From positions 64,001-128,000 of the forward strand of contig JBDRNT010000161.1 of assembly GCA_043810925.1 (NCBI GenBank): DNA of 64,000 nt, read 5' to 3'. Shown one piece after another: positions 21,274 through 32,465 of this stretch. Source of the stretch: Candidatus Eiseniibacteriota bacterium (GTDB taxonomy: Bacteria; Arandabacterota; Arandabacteria; Arandabacterales; Arandabacteraceae). The notes beneath the pieces were generated by a model. The model saw only the letters and a list, made by a program, of their open reading frames with translations, did no database searches and had not been told where the DNA came from. Within the stretch, counting starts at the first letter, position 1. Every line of letters starts with the position of its first letter. A program made the position numbers and the translations under genes.

Positions 21274-22662
21274 ATGAAGCGCCGACCGGGCCTTAAGACG
21301 ATCGTGGTACTTGCAGTCCTCTTCGCTGCCGGCGCGCTCCACTGGGTGTTGTTTCTCCACAGCGGGAACATGACGTTCAGGGCGCACGATTGGGGAAAGG
21401 AGTTCATATACTACTCCCTCTTCAAGCAGGCACTGACCACGGGGGAAATACCTTTTCACATCTCGCTTGCTTTTCACGATACACCGAGGTTCCTGGCACT
21501 ACCCGAAACCAACCTGTCCCCCCAGATCCTCTTGCTTCCCCTGATGAGTGTCGGACAATTCATACTGGTCAATATCCTGATCCTCTATTCGATCGGTTTT
21601 GTCGGTTGTCTGCTGATCCGACAACGCTACCGGCTGTCCCTGATACCGTTTTCCATTCTCTTCCTGCTCTTCAACTTCAACGGTCACATCACGGCGCACA
21701 TAGGTGTCGGTCACTCCATGTGGGCCGGTTACTTCCTGCTTCCGTTTTTCTTTCTGTTTGTTCTCGATCTGGCCGGTGGGAACGTCAGACCGACCACCCC
21801 GATTAAGATTGCTTTCGTACTGTTCGCCATCCTGCTTCAGGGAGGGCTTCACATCTTTATGTGGTGCATGACGTTTTTGGTCTTGCTTCTGGCCTTCAAC
21901 TGGCGGTACGTGAGGCCCATCCTCACTTCGGTCCTCCTCACGCTGGTGATGTCTGCATTCAGACTGATTCCTGCGACCTTCGCCCTCGCGGGCAAGAAGG
22001 AGAAGTTCATATGGTCCTATCCTACCTTGCGTGACGTACTGGATGCGATCATAACCATAAGACAGCAGGCCCCCGAGCGCCTTCGGCCGTGGGGGACGGC
22101 CGGGTGGTGGGAATTGGACATATATATGGGCATCATCGGGCTGGCTCTGATTGTCTATTTCGGTATCTTTCTTCGCTTCAGCAAGCGAGAGGATCTTAAG
22201 GACCTCAGGTTCAAGCCGCTGGATCTACCAGTGTTCATTATGGCACTGTTCTCGATAAGCTACTTCCACGCGTTTCTCACAAGACTCCCGATCCCGCTGC
22301 TGAGCGCCGAGCGCGTTGCGACCAGATTCATCATAATACCTGTTCTGCTGCTCGCGCTTCTGGCGGTGATACGCATGGAAAGAGTCCTGACCAACTTGAA
22401 GCAGACCTTCGCTTCCAGGGTCATCGCAGTCGGGGCCGTTCTCATAATGGTACTGGGGTTCGTCGACCATTCATTTCTATGGTCGGTAACGAGGCTTGAG
22501 CGAATCTGCGGGAACCGGGTGGTCGATCTCACGACCCCCGACGTCATCAGCCGGCCGGATCCCTTGTATAAGAATCTTCTCTTGGTATCCGCCGCCCTTT
22601 CGATCGCCGGGATCGCTCTGTCACTTTACTTCGCCTTCAGGCACCGCTCCGACAGGATCTAA
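21274..22662 (+). CDS. Polytopic membrane protein, unknown function (possibly GT-C/YfhO-like)
   Basis: About 10-12 hydrophobic segments; co-oriented 3 nt after the methyltransferase. Confidence 0.7.
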   Translation: MKRRPGLKTIVVLAVLFAAGALHWVLFLHSGNMTFRAHDWGKEFIYYSLFKQALTTGEIPFHISLAFHDTPRFLALPETNLSPQILLLPLMSVGQFILVNILILYSIGFVGCLLIRQRYRLSLIPFSILFLLFNFNGHITAHIGVGHSMWAGYFLLPFFFLFVLDLAGGNVRPTTPIKIAFVLFAILLQGGLHIFMWCMTFLVLLLAFNWRYVRPILTSVLLTLVMSAFRLIPATFALAGKKEKFIWSYPTLRDVLDAIITIRQQAPERLRPWGTAGWWELDIYMGIIGLALIVYFGIFLRFSKREDLKDLRFKPLDLPVFIMALFSISYFHAFLTRLPIPLLSAERVATRFIIIPVLLLALLAVIRMERVLTNLKQTFASRVIAVGAVLIMVLGFVDHSFLWSVTRLERICGNRVVDLTTPDVISRPDPLYKNLLLVSAALSIAGIALSLYFAFRHRSDRI

Positions 22663-23331
22663 CTCGTCGATCACGGTTTCTGATGACTTGTCGATATCTA
22701 TGATTCTCGAACCCTTGATATACTGACGTGTCTCGTACCTGGTGATCGACTGGAGCTTGCGGGTAATACCTATCATACTCTCGACGGCTTCCTGGATCTT
22801 CCCCATTTGGGTCCGCAGCCGGCTCCCTTCTCCTACCTGCTTGAGAAGGAGTTCGGCATACCCGGAGACCACCTGCATGGGCTGGTTGAGCTCGTGGCAG
22901 GTCGCCCCGGCCATCTCCAGGGCTCCGCGCAGCTTCTCACGCTGCATCAACTTAGTCTGCATTTCAAGGATACGCCTGCCCGCACGCAGCCGGACCTTGA
23001 GTTCGTGAGGATTAAACGGCTTTGTAACGTAGTCGTCCGCCCCGGCCCCGATGCCCTCGATGATGTCCTTCTTCCGGTCCCTGCCGGTCAGGAGAATGAT
23101 ATAAATGTATGCCTGACGTTTCTGTTTTCGGATTTCCCTGCAAATGTCGATTCCGTCGATACCCGGCATCATCCAGTTGAGGATGACCAGACTCGGAGAG
23201 TTCCTGGTGTGCAGCTCCTGCCATGCCTCCGCCCCATTGATACAGCTGACGACCTCATACCCCCAGGTCGCGAGCTTACGCTCCAGGAGCCGGCGGGAGA
23301 CACGGTCGTCTTCGGCAATCAGAACTCTCAT
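22621..23331 (-). CDS. Receiver domain + isolated HisKA-like segment; phosphoacceptor Asp replaced by Asn
   Basis: VLIAEDD...VILNWMMP...DDYVTKP; C-terminal TCHELNQPM with no ATPase domain. Confidence 0.85.
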   Translation of the reverse strand: MRVLIAEDDRVSRRLLERKLATWGYEVVSCINGAEAWQELHTRNSPSLVILNWMMPGIDGIDICREIRKQKRQAYIYIILLTGRDRKKDIIEGIGAGADDYVTKPFNPHELKVRLRAGRRILEMQTKLMQREKLRGALEMAGATCHELNQPMQVVSGYAELLLKQVGEGSRLRTQMGKIQEAVESMIGITRKLQSITRYETRQYIKGSRIIDIDKSSETVIDELDPVGAVPEGEVK

Positions 23332-26300
23332 CGTGATTCCCTCCCCAGAGAAGCGAGTGCCGGTTTGAGCCGTTCAATCTCTTGCTCCAACTTCTTGAAC
23401 GCCTCTACCGCATGGTCCAAATCGCCCTCACGCCCAAGCTCTTCGACTCTCTGGGCCGCGTCGAATGCCAACCTGGCAGCAAAGTTGCCGACCGAGCCCT
23501 TAATGGTGTGTGCTGCCCGCTCCAGCTTCTTGCAGTCACCATCTGCCGCTGCCTGCCGCATCCGGTCCATCAGTACAGGGCTCTCTTCAAGAAACATCTC
23601 GGCGATCTCCTTCAAGAGCTCGACATCACCTTCCATTTGCTTCACCGCTTCCTCCCAGCTTATGACGTCGTCACAATGCCCCTCCATCACCGGGGGAATT
23701 CCATGTCCACCCTTCCTGCCGCCGACCAGGCTCTCGATTGTCTCGAACATCTCCCCCGCTCGTATGGGCTTGGAGACATACTTGTCCATCCCTGCTTCCA
23801 AGCAGCGCTCACGGTCACCTTTCATCGCATGAGCAGTCATAGCCACGATCGGCACATGGGTACCCGTGACTTTTTCCTTTTCCCGGATCGCGGACGTCGC
23901 CTCAAACCCGTCCATACCCGGCATCTGGATATCCATCAGTATCAGGTCGAAACTGTCGGTGTCATAGACCTCAAGTGCCTCCTTGCCGTTGGCCGCACTG
24001 ACCGTTGTGTGTCCGCGCTTTTCAAGCAGTCGTACTACCAGCTTGAGGTTGACCGGGCTGTCTTCGACGACAAGTATCTTTAGACTGCGTCTTGTCTCCC
24101 GCAGCGAGTGTTGTGTTATAAGATCGGTAGGCTTGCCGTCCTTTGGCGTCCTCCCAAGAGCAAGCATGATCGCCTCCCATAAATCGGATTTCTTCACCGG
24201 CTTGACAAGGTAACCTGAAATACCAAGTTCCCTGCACCTGGCGCCGTCGCCGACTCTGCCGGCGGATGTCAACATGATGATTGTGGGTTGTGGAAGGTTC
24301 GTACGTTTCTTGATGCGCTCGACCAGCCCGAACCCATCCATCTCAGGCATGCGGGCATCGATGATCGCTAGAGGGAATGCGTGCCCGGTTTCCTTGGCCT
24401 GTTCCATCGCTTCAAGGGCGGTATCTCCGCTGCTCATGACAGTCGGGACCATGCCCCAATCAATTGCAAGTGCACGAAGCAGTGACCTGCTTGTCGAGTT
24501 ATCATCGGCAATCAGAATCGGCAGGCCGGTAACCTCGATCCGGCCGTGCTCCGGCACCATGCAAGTCGGAACCCTCTGAATCGGAAACTCGATGGTGAAG
24601 TGGAACGTACTGCCTTTGCCTACCTCGCTATCGACGCCTATCTCTCCACCCATCATGTGCACGAAACGCTTGACGATTGCCAGACCCAGACCCGTTCCAC
24701 CGTATTTGCGCGTTGTCGACCCGTCGACCTGGGTGAACCTGTCGAAGATCGCCGCCCTTTGATCGGCGGGAATGCCTATCCCGGTGTCCTTGACCTCAAA
24801 ACGTATCATGCCTGTGTTGGATGTCTCACTGACCAGTCGCGCACGGATGGTGACGTCGCCGCGCTCCGTGAACTTAAGCGCGTTCCCCGCCAGGTTGATC
24901 AGCATCTGGCGCAACCTTCCGGGGTCCCCGCGAAGCCGGGTCGGGACCTCGGGATCGACGAAGCAGGTCAGTTCTATGCCCTTTTCAGAGGCCTTCTGAC
25001 CCAGAACGTCCCCGATGCCCTCGACGACGCTCAGCAGGTCAAAGTCGATTGACTCGATTTCCATCTTGCCCGCTTCGATCTTCGAGAAATCGAGGATGTC
25101 GTTTATGATACCGAGCAATGCCGTGCCGCTGCTATAGATCGTGGTCGCGAAGTCCCGATGCTCATTGCGAAGAGCCGGATCGTCGACGAGGAGCTGTGAG
25201 AAGCCGAGAATTCCGTTGAGCGGGGTGCGTATCTCATGGCTCATCATCGCGAGGAATTCGCTCTTGGCTTTGCTGGCGGACTTTGCCTTCGCAGCCATGT
25301 CCCTCGCGAAGACATTTGCCTCCTCCAATTGCTTGTTGGTCTCACGCAACTTTAGATTGGCCCGCTCCGCTGTTTCCTTGGCCCGGTGAGTCTCCAGTTC
25401 CGCGCGCTTGCGCCGGGTTATGTCCTGTGCAACACAAACCAGGCCCTCGAACTTGCCGTCCTCATCACGCATCACAGAGCTTGAGAACAGCATGGGGACC
25501 TTGGTGCCATGCTTTGCACAATAGATCTTCTCGGTATCGGAAACGTAGCCGTCCTTGATCAACATGTCTGTTACCGAACTATCACCCGCTGTGCCTCCAA
25601 CCACCAGGTCGAACGGTTGTCCTTTGAGCTCGGCCTCTTCATACCCCAGGAGCTTCTGCGCAGCCTGGTTCACCTTCCGGATCGTCCCGTCTTTTGCCAC
25701 GATGATCAGCGTGTCGTTCATGGACCGGATGATGTTCTCGACAAAACCCCTTGAGACCGTCGTCTTGATCAGTCCCTCGGTCATCGCGTTAAACGAGATC
25801 ACCAGGTCGTCCACCTCGTCCCGGGCCGACGGCGGCGCCTGCAGCTTGTGTTCGAAGTCGCCCTTGGCCACGCGTGACGCAAAGTGCGAGAGTGACCGGA
25901 TCGGCGAGATGATTCTTCCCATCACCACAGTCAGGAATCCAAGCAGCGCAAGCATGGCCCCAACGCTTATGATCAGGGCCTTGAGCCACTGCGCCTGGGC
26001 CTGTCTGGCGGCGCCGGAAAGCGACTGGGCCACATCTTGCGCCCGAACGACAACCAGATGGTTGAGGTCGGTCAGGAGCTTTGTCTTCATTGCAGCCACC
26101 ACGCGCGTCCGGTCTACGACCTCCCCACCTTTCTGCGGCTCGACGGTGTGAATCTCACTGTATTGTTTCATCGTGAGATAGGCGTGCTGATGCGCGGCAT
26201 TGTAGTAGGTGATGAAGTCATCGAATATGCGGCGCAGCTCGGGGGAGTCTGATTCCGGCATCATCCTCACAAGTTTTTCGGCATGCAGAAGGAACTGGTC

Positions 26301-26612
26301 TTTCTGCTTTCTTGCCGTCTCCAGAGCGGCCGTGTTCCCCGTCTGACCCGCCTCCTCAAACAGTCTCGAGACCTCCTTGAAGGCCTCAGTCAGATGGAGT
26401 ACTTCGGCATGCTGTTGGAGCGTCAGGAATTCAACCTGGTTGAGGTCTGAGGCGATCCGTCGCGAAGAATTGTAGCTGATGACCACAACAATTGCCATCG
26501 CTCCAATGAACCCGGCCAATAACAGACCGAACTTGGCCTTGAGAGGGAAGCGGAAATTAAGCATACGACGGCCCCCAGCTTGTGTCTTGAATATGGACAT
26601 GGGAAATCTCAT
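23328..26612 (-). CDS. Unorthodox hybrid kinase TM-HAMP-PAS-HisKA-HATPase-REC-REC-Hpt (BarA/GacS-like)
   Basis: [30 protein letters not shown], two receivers (IIDARMP, LMDIQMP), Hpt AHTIKGS. Confidence 0.93.
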   Translation of the reverse strand: MRFPMSIFKTQAGGRRMLNFRFPLKAKFGLLLAGFIGAMAIVVVISYNSSRRIASDLNQVEFLTLQQHAEVLHLTEAFKEVSRLFEEAGQTGNTAALETARKQKDQFLLHAEKLVRMMPESDSPELRRIFDDFITYYNAAHQHAYLTMKQYSEIHTVEPQKGGEVVDRTRVVAAMKTKLLTDLNHLVVVRAQDVAQSLSGAARQAQAQWLKALIISVGAMLALLGFLTVVMGRIISPIRSLSHFASRVAKGDFEHKLQAPPSARDEVDDLVISFNAMTEGLIKTTVSRGFVENIIRSMNDTLIIVAKDGTIRKVNQAAQKLLGYEEAELKGQPFDLVVGGTAGDSSVTDMLIKDGYVSDTEKIYCAKHGTKVPMLFSSSVMRDEDGKFEGLVCVAQDITRRKRAELETHRAKETAERANLKLRETNKQLEEANVFARDMAAKAKSASKAKSEFLAMMSHEIRTPLNGILGFSQLLVDDPALRNEHRDFATTIYSSGTALLGIINDILDFSKIEAGKMEIESIDFDLLSVVEGIGDVLGQKASEKGIELTCFVDPEVPTRLRGDPGRLRQMLINLAGNALKFTERGDVTIRARLVSETSNTGMIRFEVKDTGIGIPADQRAAIFDRFTQVDGSTTRKYGGTGLGLAIVKRFVHMMGGEIGVDSEVGKGSTFHFTIEFPIQRVPTCMVPEHGRIEVTGLPILIADDNSTSRSLLRALAIDWGMVPTVMSSGDTALEAMEQAKETGHAFPLAIIDARMPEMDGFGLVERIKKRTNLPQPTIIMLTSAGRVGDGARCRELGISGYLVKPVKKSDLWEAIMLALGRTPKDGKPTDLITQHSLRETRRSLKILVVEDSPVNLKLVVRLLEKRGHTTVSAANGKEALEVYDTDSFDLILMDIQMPGMDGFEATSAIREKEKVTGTHVPIVAMTAHAMKGDRERCLEAGMDKYVSKPIRAGEMFETIESLVGGRKGGHGIPPVMEGHCDDVISWEEAVKQMEGDVELLKEIAEMFLEESPVLMDRMRQAAADGDCKKLERAAHTIKGSVGNFAARLAFDAAQRVEELGREGDLDHAVEAFKKLEQEIERLKPALASLGRESR

Positions 26613-26653
26613 AGCATTATCGTTCCCGGTTATTCTGTTCCTGTACTTCTTTT

Positions 26654-26682
26654 ATATCGGCACGGTTTGGGCCTCAGAATAG
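26654..26682 (-). promoter_or_regulatory. possible further sigma28-like promoter
   Basis: CTATT-N16-GCCGATAT, same spacing as the cassettes but without the shared RBS. Confidence 0.45.
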
Positions 26683-26709
26683 CTCTTTGATTCCGTTTAT
26701 GGAGGGGGG

Positions 26710-28821
26710 CTAAGCGGTGGGTAAGCCGCCGAGAGCAGACGAATGGACACCAAGCCCGTATAAATCCCGGACAAGCCGGTTGAGCTCGTCAAACAACGCA
26801 TCTTCAGGCACTGCCTGCGACTCGATCCGGCAGACCGTCTCTATGATTCTGTCGGCTCTCGCCCGGTTCGGATGCGCCGACGGATCAGGAATGGGTAACC
26901 TTCTAAGGGCATGGATCTTGACCTGTGGAAATGCCCGTTGCTTGGCTTCATAGGACAGTGCCGCGTAGATCCAGCGTGCGGCATCGGAATTGAGCACGGC
27001 CAGGAGGTACTCAACTGAGAAGGGCTCTTCAACCTTGAGCGCCAGCACACTGTTTCTAAAATGACACTGGTGGATGTGACGAGCTGCAATCGGTCTGTCG
27101 GCCGTCTGTCTGAGTATGATGTCCGTATTCCTGTAGACTTCTTCAGAGGCCATCCTGAAATACTCCCCTTCCCGGCACACATATGTCGGATCGAGCCACC
27201 GGTCAGGACTGTCGCAACAAAAAGGGTGAATCCGTCTGCCTTCAAGAACCGGGACTGTTTCCGCACCGGGCTCCTTGAGGATGATCCGCTTCGCAACGTT
27301 TCCGGTATGCACGCCCGGGTCGGAGAAAGTCTTAAGGGTCGGATGACGCGCCTGCATCCGCTCACAGACCTTCCTTGATGCCGATGAATACCACTCATCC
27401 TCACCCCGGGGGCGGAAGAAAGTCCTCTTGCCATCTTCATCTATCGCAAGGGCGGATCGTCCCGGCTCACTCAGCCGTTTCGAGAACATGAAGGTCAAAC
27501 TCGGGGTGGTCACTCCTTCGAATATGTCCTCACCCCAGTACCGGACCTCTAACAGTTCCCCCGACTCAAGCATGCGGGACCTGAGCCGCCCGTACCCGGG
27601 AAGATGCCCGACCTGACCGGGTACGACCATCGATATCAAGCCCCCCTCTCTTGCGAGCTCGAGCGATCTCGTCATGAAGTCCCCGTGGAGGCTCGGCCAC
27701 CGGCCCGGCCTCGCCGCGGCGTTTCCCTTCTGCCTACCCTCCAGGGCCGCGTACATTCCTCTAGGTTTCTGTCTACCCGACAATGAAACGTATGGCGGGT
27801 TCCCGATCACGACGTCGAAGCCGGGAGTTCTACGCGCTGAACCGGTTTCGCCTGGGGCGACCTCGGGAAACTCAGAAGTCCAGTCAAATGACCCCGGACC
27901 GCATAAAGAATCCCCACACTTGACGTGAGATTTGAGAAATGGCAGCGGTCTACCCGGAACCCATGCAAAGAGCTGGAGTGACAGTTCTGCTATTTCCACA
28001 GCCATCGGATTGATGTCGACGCCATAGACGCAACGCTCAGCTACCAGATATCTCCACTCCGCCATCGCATCCACAACTTTGCTGTCTCGCTTCTCCTCCC
28101 GGGCAAGGGCGGCGCCGTATGCCCGGGCAAGGTACTCAACTGTCTCGATGAGAAAGTGGGCTGAACCCATCGCAGGGTCCAGTACCTTTAGATCCAGAAT
28201 CTCATCCGACGACAACGGTCTCCCGGAACCGGGCTCCGGCGCTGATCTACAGTTCCCGCCGCCCAATGGACCCAGAGTTGTGGAGATGATGTACCGGACT
28301 ATGTTCTCGGGAGTGTAGTATGCCCCCGACCGTTTCCGCCTCGAATCCCGGCCTCGACGCCGCATCTCAAATTCGGTGACTGGTACCGAATTACCGGGGG
28401 AGTACTCAAGCAGAGTTTCGTAGATGGTCCCGAACTCGCGGACATCAAGTTTCTCGTAGTCGATCTCTTCCGTCTTGCTCAGAATGTCGCTTGCACGAGC
28501 AAGGGAGTGTTCCGGAACCTCCAGCAAGGAAAGCAATGGATGTGTGTCGGGATCGAACAGCCTGCTCCGGCCATCGAGGATCAGGGCGCATGGGCGATTG
28601 CGTACCGGGCTGGTGTGGATTCCGGGTCCGGGCATATGTCGACTTTGGGCGTAGAAGCCGAAGAGCAGCCTGAAGATCACTGCAATAGACTCATTCAGTA
28701 TGGCTTCAGGAGTGATCGGGTGGGCATCGAGGATCCCGGGATTGGACCGGACGAAGTGGGTAAGCCCCTCCCCAATCGCTTCGACCGCGAGGACTGCACT
28801 GCCTTTGAGATCGACTGCCAT
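26710..28821 (-). CDS. N6-adenine DNA methyltransferase (Eco57I/TaqI-like, with C-terminal TRD)
   Basis: SGAYYTP, VLDPAMGSAHF (motif I), FDVVIGNPPY (motif IV), YLLAVLNS; start uncertain. Confidence 0.85.
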   Translation of the reverse strand: MAVDLKGSAVLAVEAIGEGLTHFVRSNPGILDAHPITPEAILNESIAVIFRLLFGFYAQSRHMPGPGIHTSPVRNRPCALILDGRSRLFDPDTHPLLSLLEVPEHSLARASDILSKTEEIDYEKLDVREFGTIYETLLEYSPGNSVPVTEFEMRRRGRDSRRKRSGAYYTPENIVRYIISTTLGPLGGGNCRSAPEPGSGRPLSSDEILDLKVLDPAMGSAHFLIETVEYLARAYGAALAREEKRDSKVVDAMAEWRYLVAERCVYGVDINPMAVEIAELSLQLFAWVPGRPLPFLKSHVKCGDSLCGPGSFDWTSEFPEVAPGETGSARRTPGFDVVIGNPPYVSLSGRQKPRGMYAALEGRQKGNAAARPGRWPSLHGDFMTRSLELAREGGLISMVVPGQVGHLPGYGRLRSRMLESGELLEVRYWGEDIFEGVTTPSLTFMFSKRLSEPGRSALAIDEDGKRTFFRPRGEDEWYSSASRKVCERMQARHPTLKTFSDPGVHTGNVAKRIILKEPGAETVPVLEGRRIHPFCCDSPDRWLDPTYVCREGEYFRMASEEVYRNTDIILRQTADRPIAARHIHQCHFRNSVLALKVEEPFSVEYLLAVLNSDAARWIYAALSYEAKQRAFPQVKIHALRRLPIPDPSAHPNRARADRIIETVCRIESQAVPEDALFDELNRLVRDLYGLGVHSSALGGLPTA

Positions 28822-28898
28822 GATGCGTCGAGTACCTCCGTGCTCCAGCGTACCGCAGCAGACCAGCACTTTTCAATGTTCGACTGGACACCTCGGGG

Positions 28899-29074
28899 CG
28901 GTTGGCGAAGCGCCTTCGAGCGAATCTGATCGTGAGGAAAGAGAATTCTCACGCGCTGACCGTTAAGAAACCGTGCATGTCTGAGGGCGAAGCCCGAGTT
29001 CACGATTTCAGGGAACACGCGTAGAGAATTCCCGAAACGACCAGCCTGAGCGTAGAAGGTCGCTTCGCCAACCG
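28899..29074. repeat. 176-bp palindromic element with 14-bp perfect terminal inverted repeats (MITE-like/long hairpin)
   Basis: CGGTTGGCGAAGCG...CGCTTCGCCAACCG with nested pairings and GGGC-GAA-GCCC apex. Confidence 0.7.
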
Positions 29075-29159
29075 ATCTTTGGTGTCACCAGCGGAATTGC
29101 AATTGCCCTGGCGTATCGGTATGATGGTATCCGGTCTTGTGGGAGCAGGGAGGAGACTC

Positions 29160-32100
29160 TTGGTAGCAAAAGCTGAACACGGGCTTCACAGACTGGTGAC
29201 GGGTGACTATCCTCGCCTCCAGGAGGTCTTCGTCAGGGAGGTCACCCGGCTTCGGGATCACGATAAGCTCAACCCGCTCATTGTCCTTGTGTCCTCACGT
29301 CTCCTGGGTCTCCATCTCCGGCGTTTCCTGGCGGCCCGGGGAACAGCCCACATCAATCTTCGCTTCTTGAGACTGGAGGATCTGGCAGCGGAGGTCGCGG
29401 CACCTGCTCTTGCCGCACAGGGTAGGGGGCGGGTCCCTTCATTCGCATCTGAGATGATAATAAGTACCGCTGCCGACCAACTCGCCTGCGATGATAAGAA
29501 GTTCTACTTCCGCGGAATCGCCGACAGACCGGGCTTTCACCAGGCGGCGCTTTCAACTATCGAGGATCTCAAGAAAGCCTGTCTCTCACCCGGCGACCTG
29601 AAGGCCGCCATCCGCGTGCCCGGTGTTAAGCGTGGTATCAATGAGGCCAAGGTGGGGGATCTCCTCAAGTTGTGGAAGGTGTATGAGGAGAGACTCGGTG
29701 ACCATGACTGGTTCGACGAATGTGACCTGATGCGGGAGGCGGTCCGGCTGGTCCCGACATCCGGGGTGATCGACAAGGCATCCGCCATAATCGTCTACGG
29801 CTTCTATGACTTCAACACTCTCCAGCAGCAGTTGCTTCAGTCATGCTTCCAGTCCAGGAACACCGTATGTTTTGTACCGTACAAATCACAGCCGGCATTC
29901 GAGTACGCAGAACCCGTAATCTCCTGGCTCAAATCTAATGCTTTCAAAGAAGACCCGGTTTCCGAAGACCGCTCCGGACCGAACCGGGAACCGGTCATCC
30001 AGCATCTCTGCGACCACCTTTTCAGCGAGGGGCGATCGGCAGAGAACCCTGAGGACGCAATAACAATCATATCGGCACCCGGTGAACTCCGCGAGGTTCG
30101 CGAGACCATACGCGATGTTGTCACAAGAGCCCGGCGCGATGAGATGCCCTTCCACGAAGTCGGTATCCTCTTGAGAAACACCGAGCCGTATGCAGGCATA
30201 TTCCGCGAAGCACTTGACAACCTTGGGTTCAAGCCCTATATGCCCGAGGGCACTCCGCTTTCGGCCACCCGCTCCGGCAGAAGCCTGCTCCTTATGCTTG
30301 ATATCCTGCGGCACGATTTCGCCAGGCGGACGGTGATGGAATTCACCACATTTGCGAAGCTTCGAAATACCGGCGCCCCCGGCCGGGACGATACGTCATC
30401 ACCGGCCCCATTGTGGGATGTCATCTCGATGGAGGCGGGAGTAGTCGGAGGGGCCGATGAATGGCTTGCCCGTCTCAAGAGACACTGCAGGGAACTCAGG
30501 GAAGAACACGATCAAGACGATCGCGAAGAGTCGACGTCACCGGGAAGCCCGCAATCCCGATCGAGGATTATTGCGGCAGAGTCGCTCTGCGAGTTCATCG
30601 ATAAGGTCATCGCAGGTCTCACCGCCGTCAAAGACGGACACACCTGGACTGATAAGACGGTCGGACTCATCGATGCTTTCTCAAACCTTGTCGAAGATGA
30701 CGAACACACCGGCGACATCAAGACCGCGCTTGAGCAGCTTAAGGACCTGGATGAGTTTGGAACCTCCCCGTCCGAGGAGGAGTTCTATGGGTTCGCTGAG
30801 GACTCCCTCGCCGCTTCAACCGGGCCCGCAGGCAGGTTTCAACGTAACGGCCCCGCAGTCTTAAACCTGATGGCGTCCCGCGGGATCCCCTTCAGAATGG
30901 TTGTGTTGCCCGGGATGGTGGAGAAGTCGTTTCCGCCTGTGGTGCGTCAGGATGCGATCCTGCTTGACGACGAACGCGCGGCCTTAAACCAGGCTCTGAC
31001 AAAGACCGATTCCGGTCCGCTCAGGCTCAAGGCAAGGGACCGGCTTGATGAGGAGCGTTTGCTCTTCCGCCTGGCAGTGGGCGCCGCCGGGGAGAAACTT
31101 CTCATAACGTATCCGCGGATCGAGATTGCCACGGCGCGCGAGCGCCTGCCATCATCGCTCCTGCTTGCAGCTATCAAGGCACTCTCCGGAAGACAGGTCG
31201 ACTTCGAGGCGGTGGAGCGCTTCGGAGGATTCAAACGGATCGCGCTGGCCCAACTGGCGACCGGCGAGCCCGGAGAGTCACTTGACCGGCTCGAGTATGA
31301 CCTTGCGAAGGCCCTGCACGAGATCGCCGACCGCAAGCCACGCCATCTGCTCTTGCTCCGGGAAACCTGCAATCCATTTAACCGCGCCCTCAAACTTGAG
31401 GCCGAGCGGTGGGGGAGGCGGGTCTTCACCAGTTATGATGGTGTTCTGTCTACCAGGGGACCTAAAACCGCACTTCCGGGTATTCACTCAATCGCAAGCC
31501 GGACGGTCTCCCCTACGCGACTTGAGACTTATGCCAGATGCCCGTACCGGTATCTTCTTGAGAGCGTGATGAGGATTGAACCCCTCGTTGAGCCGGAGCG
31601 CGCCGAGAGAATCAGCCCACTCGACAGGGGTAAGCTCATACACCAGATCCTGTGGGAGTTTCTTATGCAGATTAAGAAGGAGCGCGGCTTCCCGGTCAGG
31701 ATCCAGCCCGGCGACCGGGATATGCTGAAGAAAATAGCCACCCGCCGGTTCGCGGAGTTCGAGCAGCATGGGAACACAGGGTACCCCGCATTATGGGCGA
31801 TCGAGCAGGATACGATCTTCGGAGATCTCGATCGCTTCGTCGAAGAGCAGGTCCCCGAGACGGAGTTCCTCCCGGCCTATTTCGAAGTACGCTACGGGAT
31901 GAAGCCCTATGACGCCGAGGAGAGTGAGATATCGACTGAGACGCCCGTGCCGCTTTCCATCGGGAATCGCGAGATCTCAATCAGGGGAAAGATTGACCGG
32001 ATCGACATCTCGCCGGACGGGAAACGCGGTCGCGTGATCGATTACAAGTCAGGCAGAGCATATGGCCGGGCTAACGATCTCGGCGGAGGTGCGAATCTCC

Positions 32101-32459
32101 AGCTTCCGCTTTACATGATCGCGGCAGAGTGGATTCTTAAGGACCTTCACAAGGCCATACGGATGGAAGGAGCCGAATACTACCACATCACCGAGGAGAA
32201 GGATAAGAAACGTCATGTCGGATTCGATCGTGAAACCCTCGAGTCGAGGACGCAGGACCTGGCGACCATCATAGATACCATAGTCGATTCCATTGAGTGC
32301 GGGCTCTTCTTTGCCAGCCCCGGTGAACATTGCGGTTCCTGTGACTACGAGTTCATTTGCGGTGCGTACCGGCACACCATATTTGAAATGAAATGCGAGG
32401 ATCCGGCGGCAAGGGGTCTCATGAAGATCAGAGACACTGAGGGTGTAGACGCCGAGTAG
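29160..32459 (+). CDS. addB: AddB/RexB-like helicase-nuclease subunit
   Basis: Degenerate helicase region (YGFYDF), SPTRLETYARCP, RGKIDRID, VIDYKSG, LQLPLY, Fe-S cysteines CxxCxxxxxC; TTG 29160 with GGAGG SD. Confidence 0.88.
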   Translation: MVAKAEHGLHRLVTGDYPRLQEVFVREVTRLRDHDKLNPLIVLVSSRLLGLHLRRFLAARGTAHINLRFLRLEDLAAEVAAPALAAQGRGRVPSFASEMIISTAADQLACDDKKFYFRGIADRPGFHQAALSTIEDLKKACLSPGDLKAAIRVPGVKRGINEAKVGDLLKLWKVYEERLGDHDWFDECDLMREAVRLVPTSGVIDKASAIIVYGFYDFNTLQQQLLQSCFQSRNTVCFVPYKSQPAFEYAEPVISWLKSNAFKEDPVSEDRSGPNREPVIQHLCDHLFSEGRSAENPEDAITIISAPGELREVRETIRDVVTRARRDEMPFHEVGILLRNTEPYAGIFREALDNLGFKPYMPEGTPLSATRSGRSLLLMLDILRHDFARRTVMEFTTFAKLRNTGAPGRDDTSSPAPLWDVISMEAGVVGGADEWLARLKRHCRELREEHDQDDREESTSPGSPQSRSRIIAAESLCEFIDKVIAGLTAVKDGHTWTDKTVGLIDAFSNLVEDDEHTGDIKTALEQLKDLDEFGTSPSEEEFYGFAEDSLAASTGPAGRFQRNGPAVLNLMASRGIPFRMVVLPGMVEKSFPPVVRQDAILLDDERAALNQALTKTDSGPLRLKARDRLDEERLLFRLAVGAAGEKLLITYPRIEIATARERLPSSLLLAAIKALSGRQVDFEAVERFGGFKRIALAQLATGEPGESLDRLEYDLAKALHEIADRKPRHLLLLRETCNPFNRALKLEAERWGRRVFTSYDGVLSTRGPKTALPGIHSIASRTVSPTRLETYARCPYRYLLESVMRIEPLVEPERAERISPLDRGKLIHQILWEFLMQIKKERGFPVRIQPGDRDMLKKIATRRFAEFEQHGNTGYPALWAIEQDTIFGDLDRFVEEQVPETEFLPAYFEVRYGMKPYDAEESEISTETPVPLSIGNREISIRGKIDRIDISPDGKRGRVIDYKSGRAYGRANDLGGGANLQLPLYMIAAEWILKDLHKAIRMEGAEYYHITEEKDKKRHVGFDRETLESRTQDLATIIDTIVDSIECGLFFASPGEHCGSCDYEFICGAYRHTIFEMKCEDPAARGLMKIRDTEGVDAE

Positions 32460-32465
32460 GAGTGT

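Noticed and set aside
28899-29074. 6S RNA or hammerhead ribozyme
   Set aside because: No CUGAnGA/GAAA core in the right geometry, and a better 6S candidate with promoters lies at 41642-41824.
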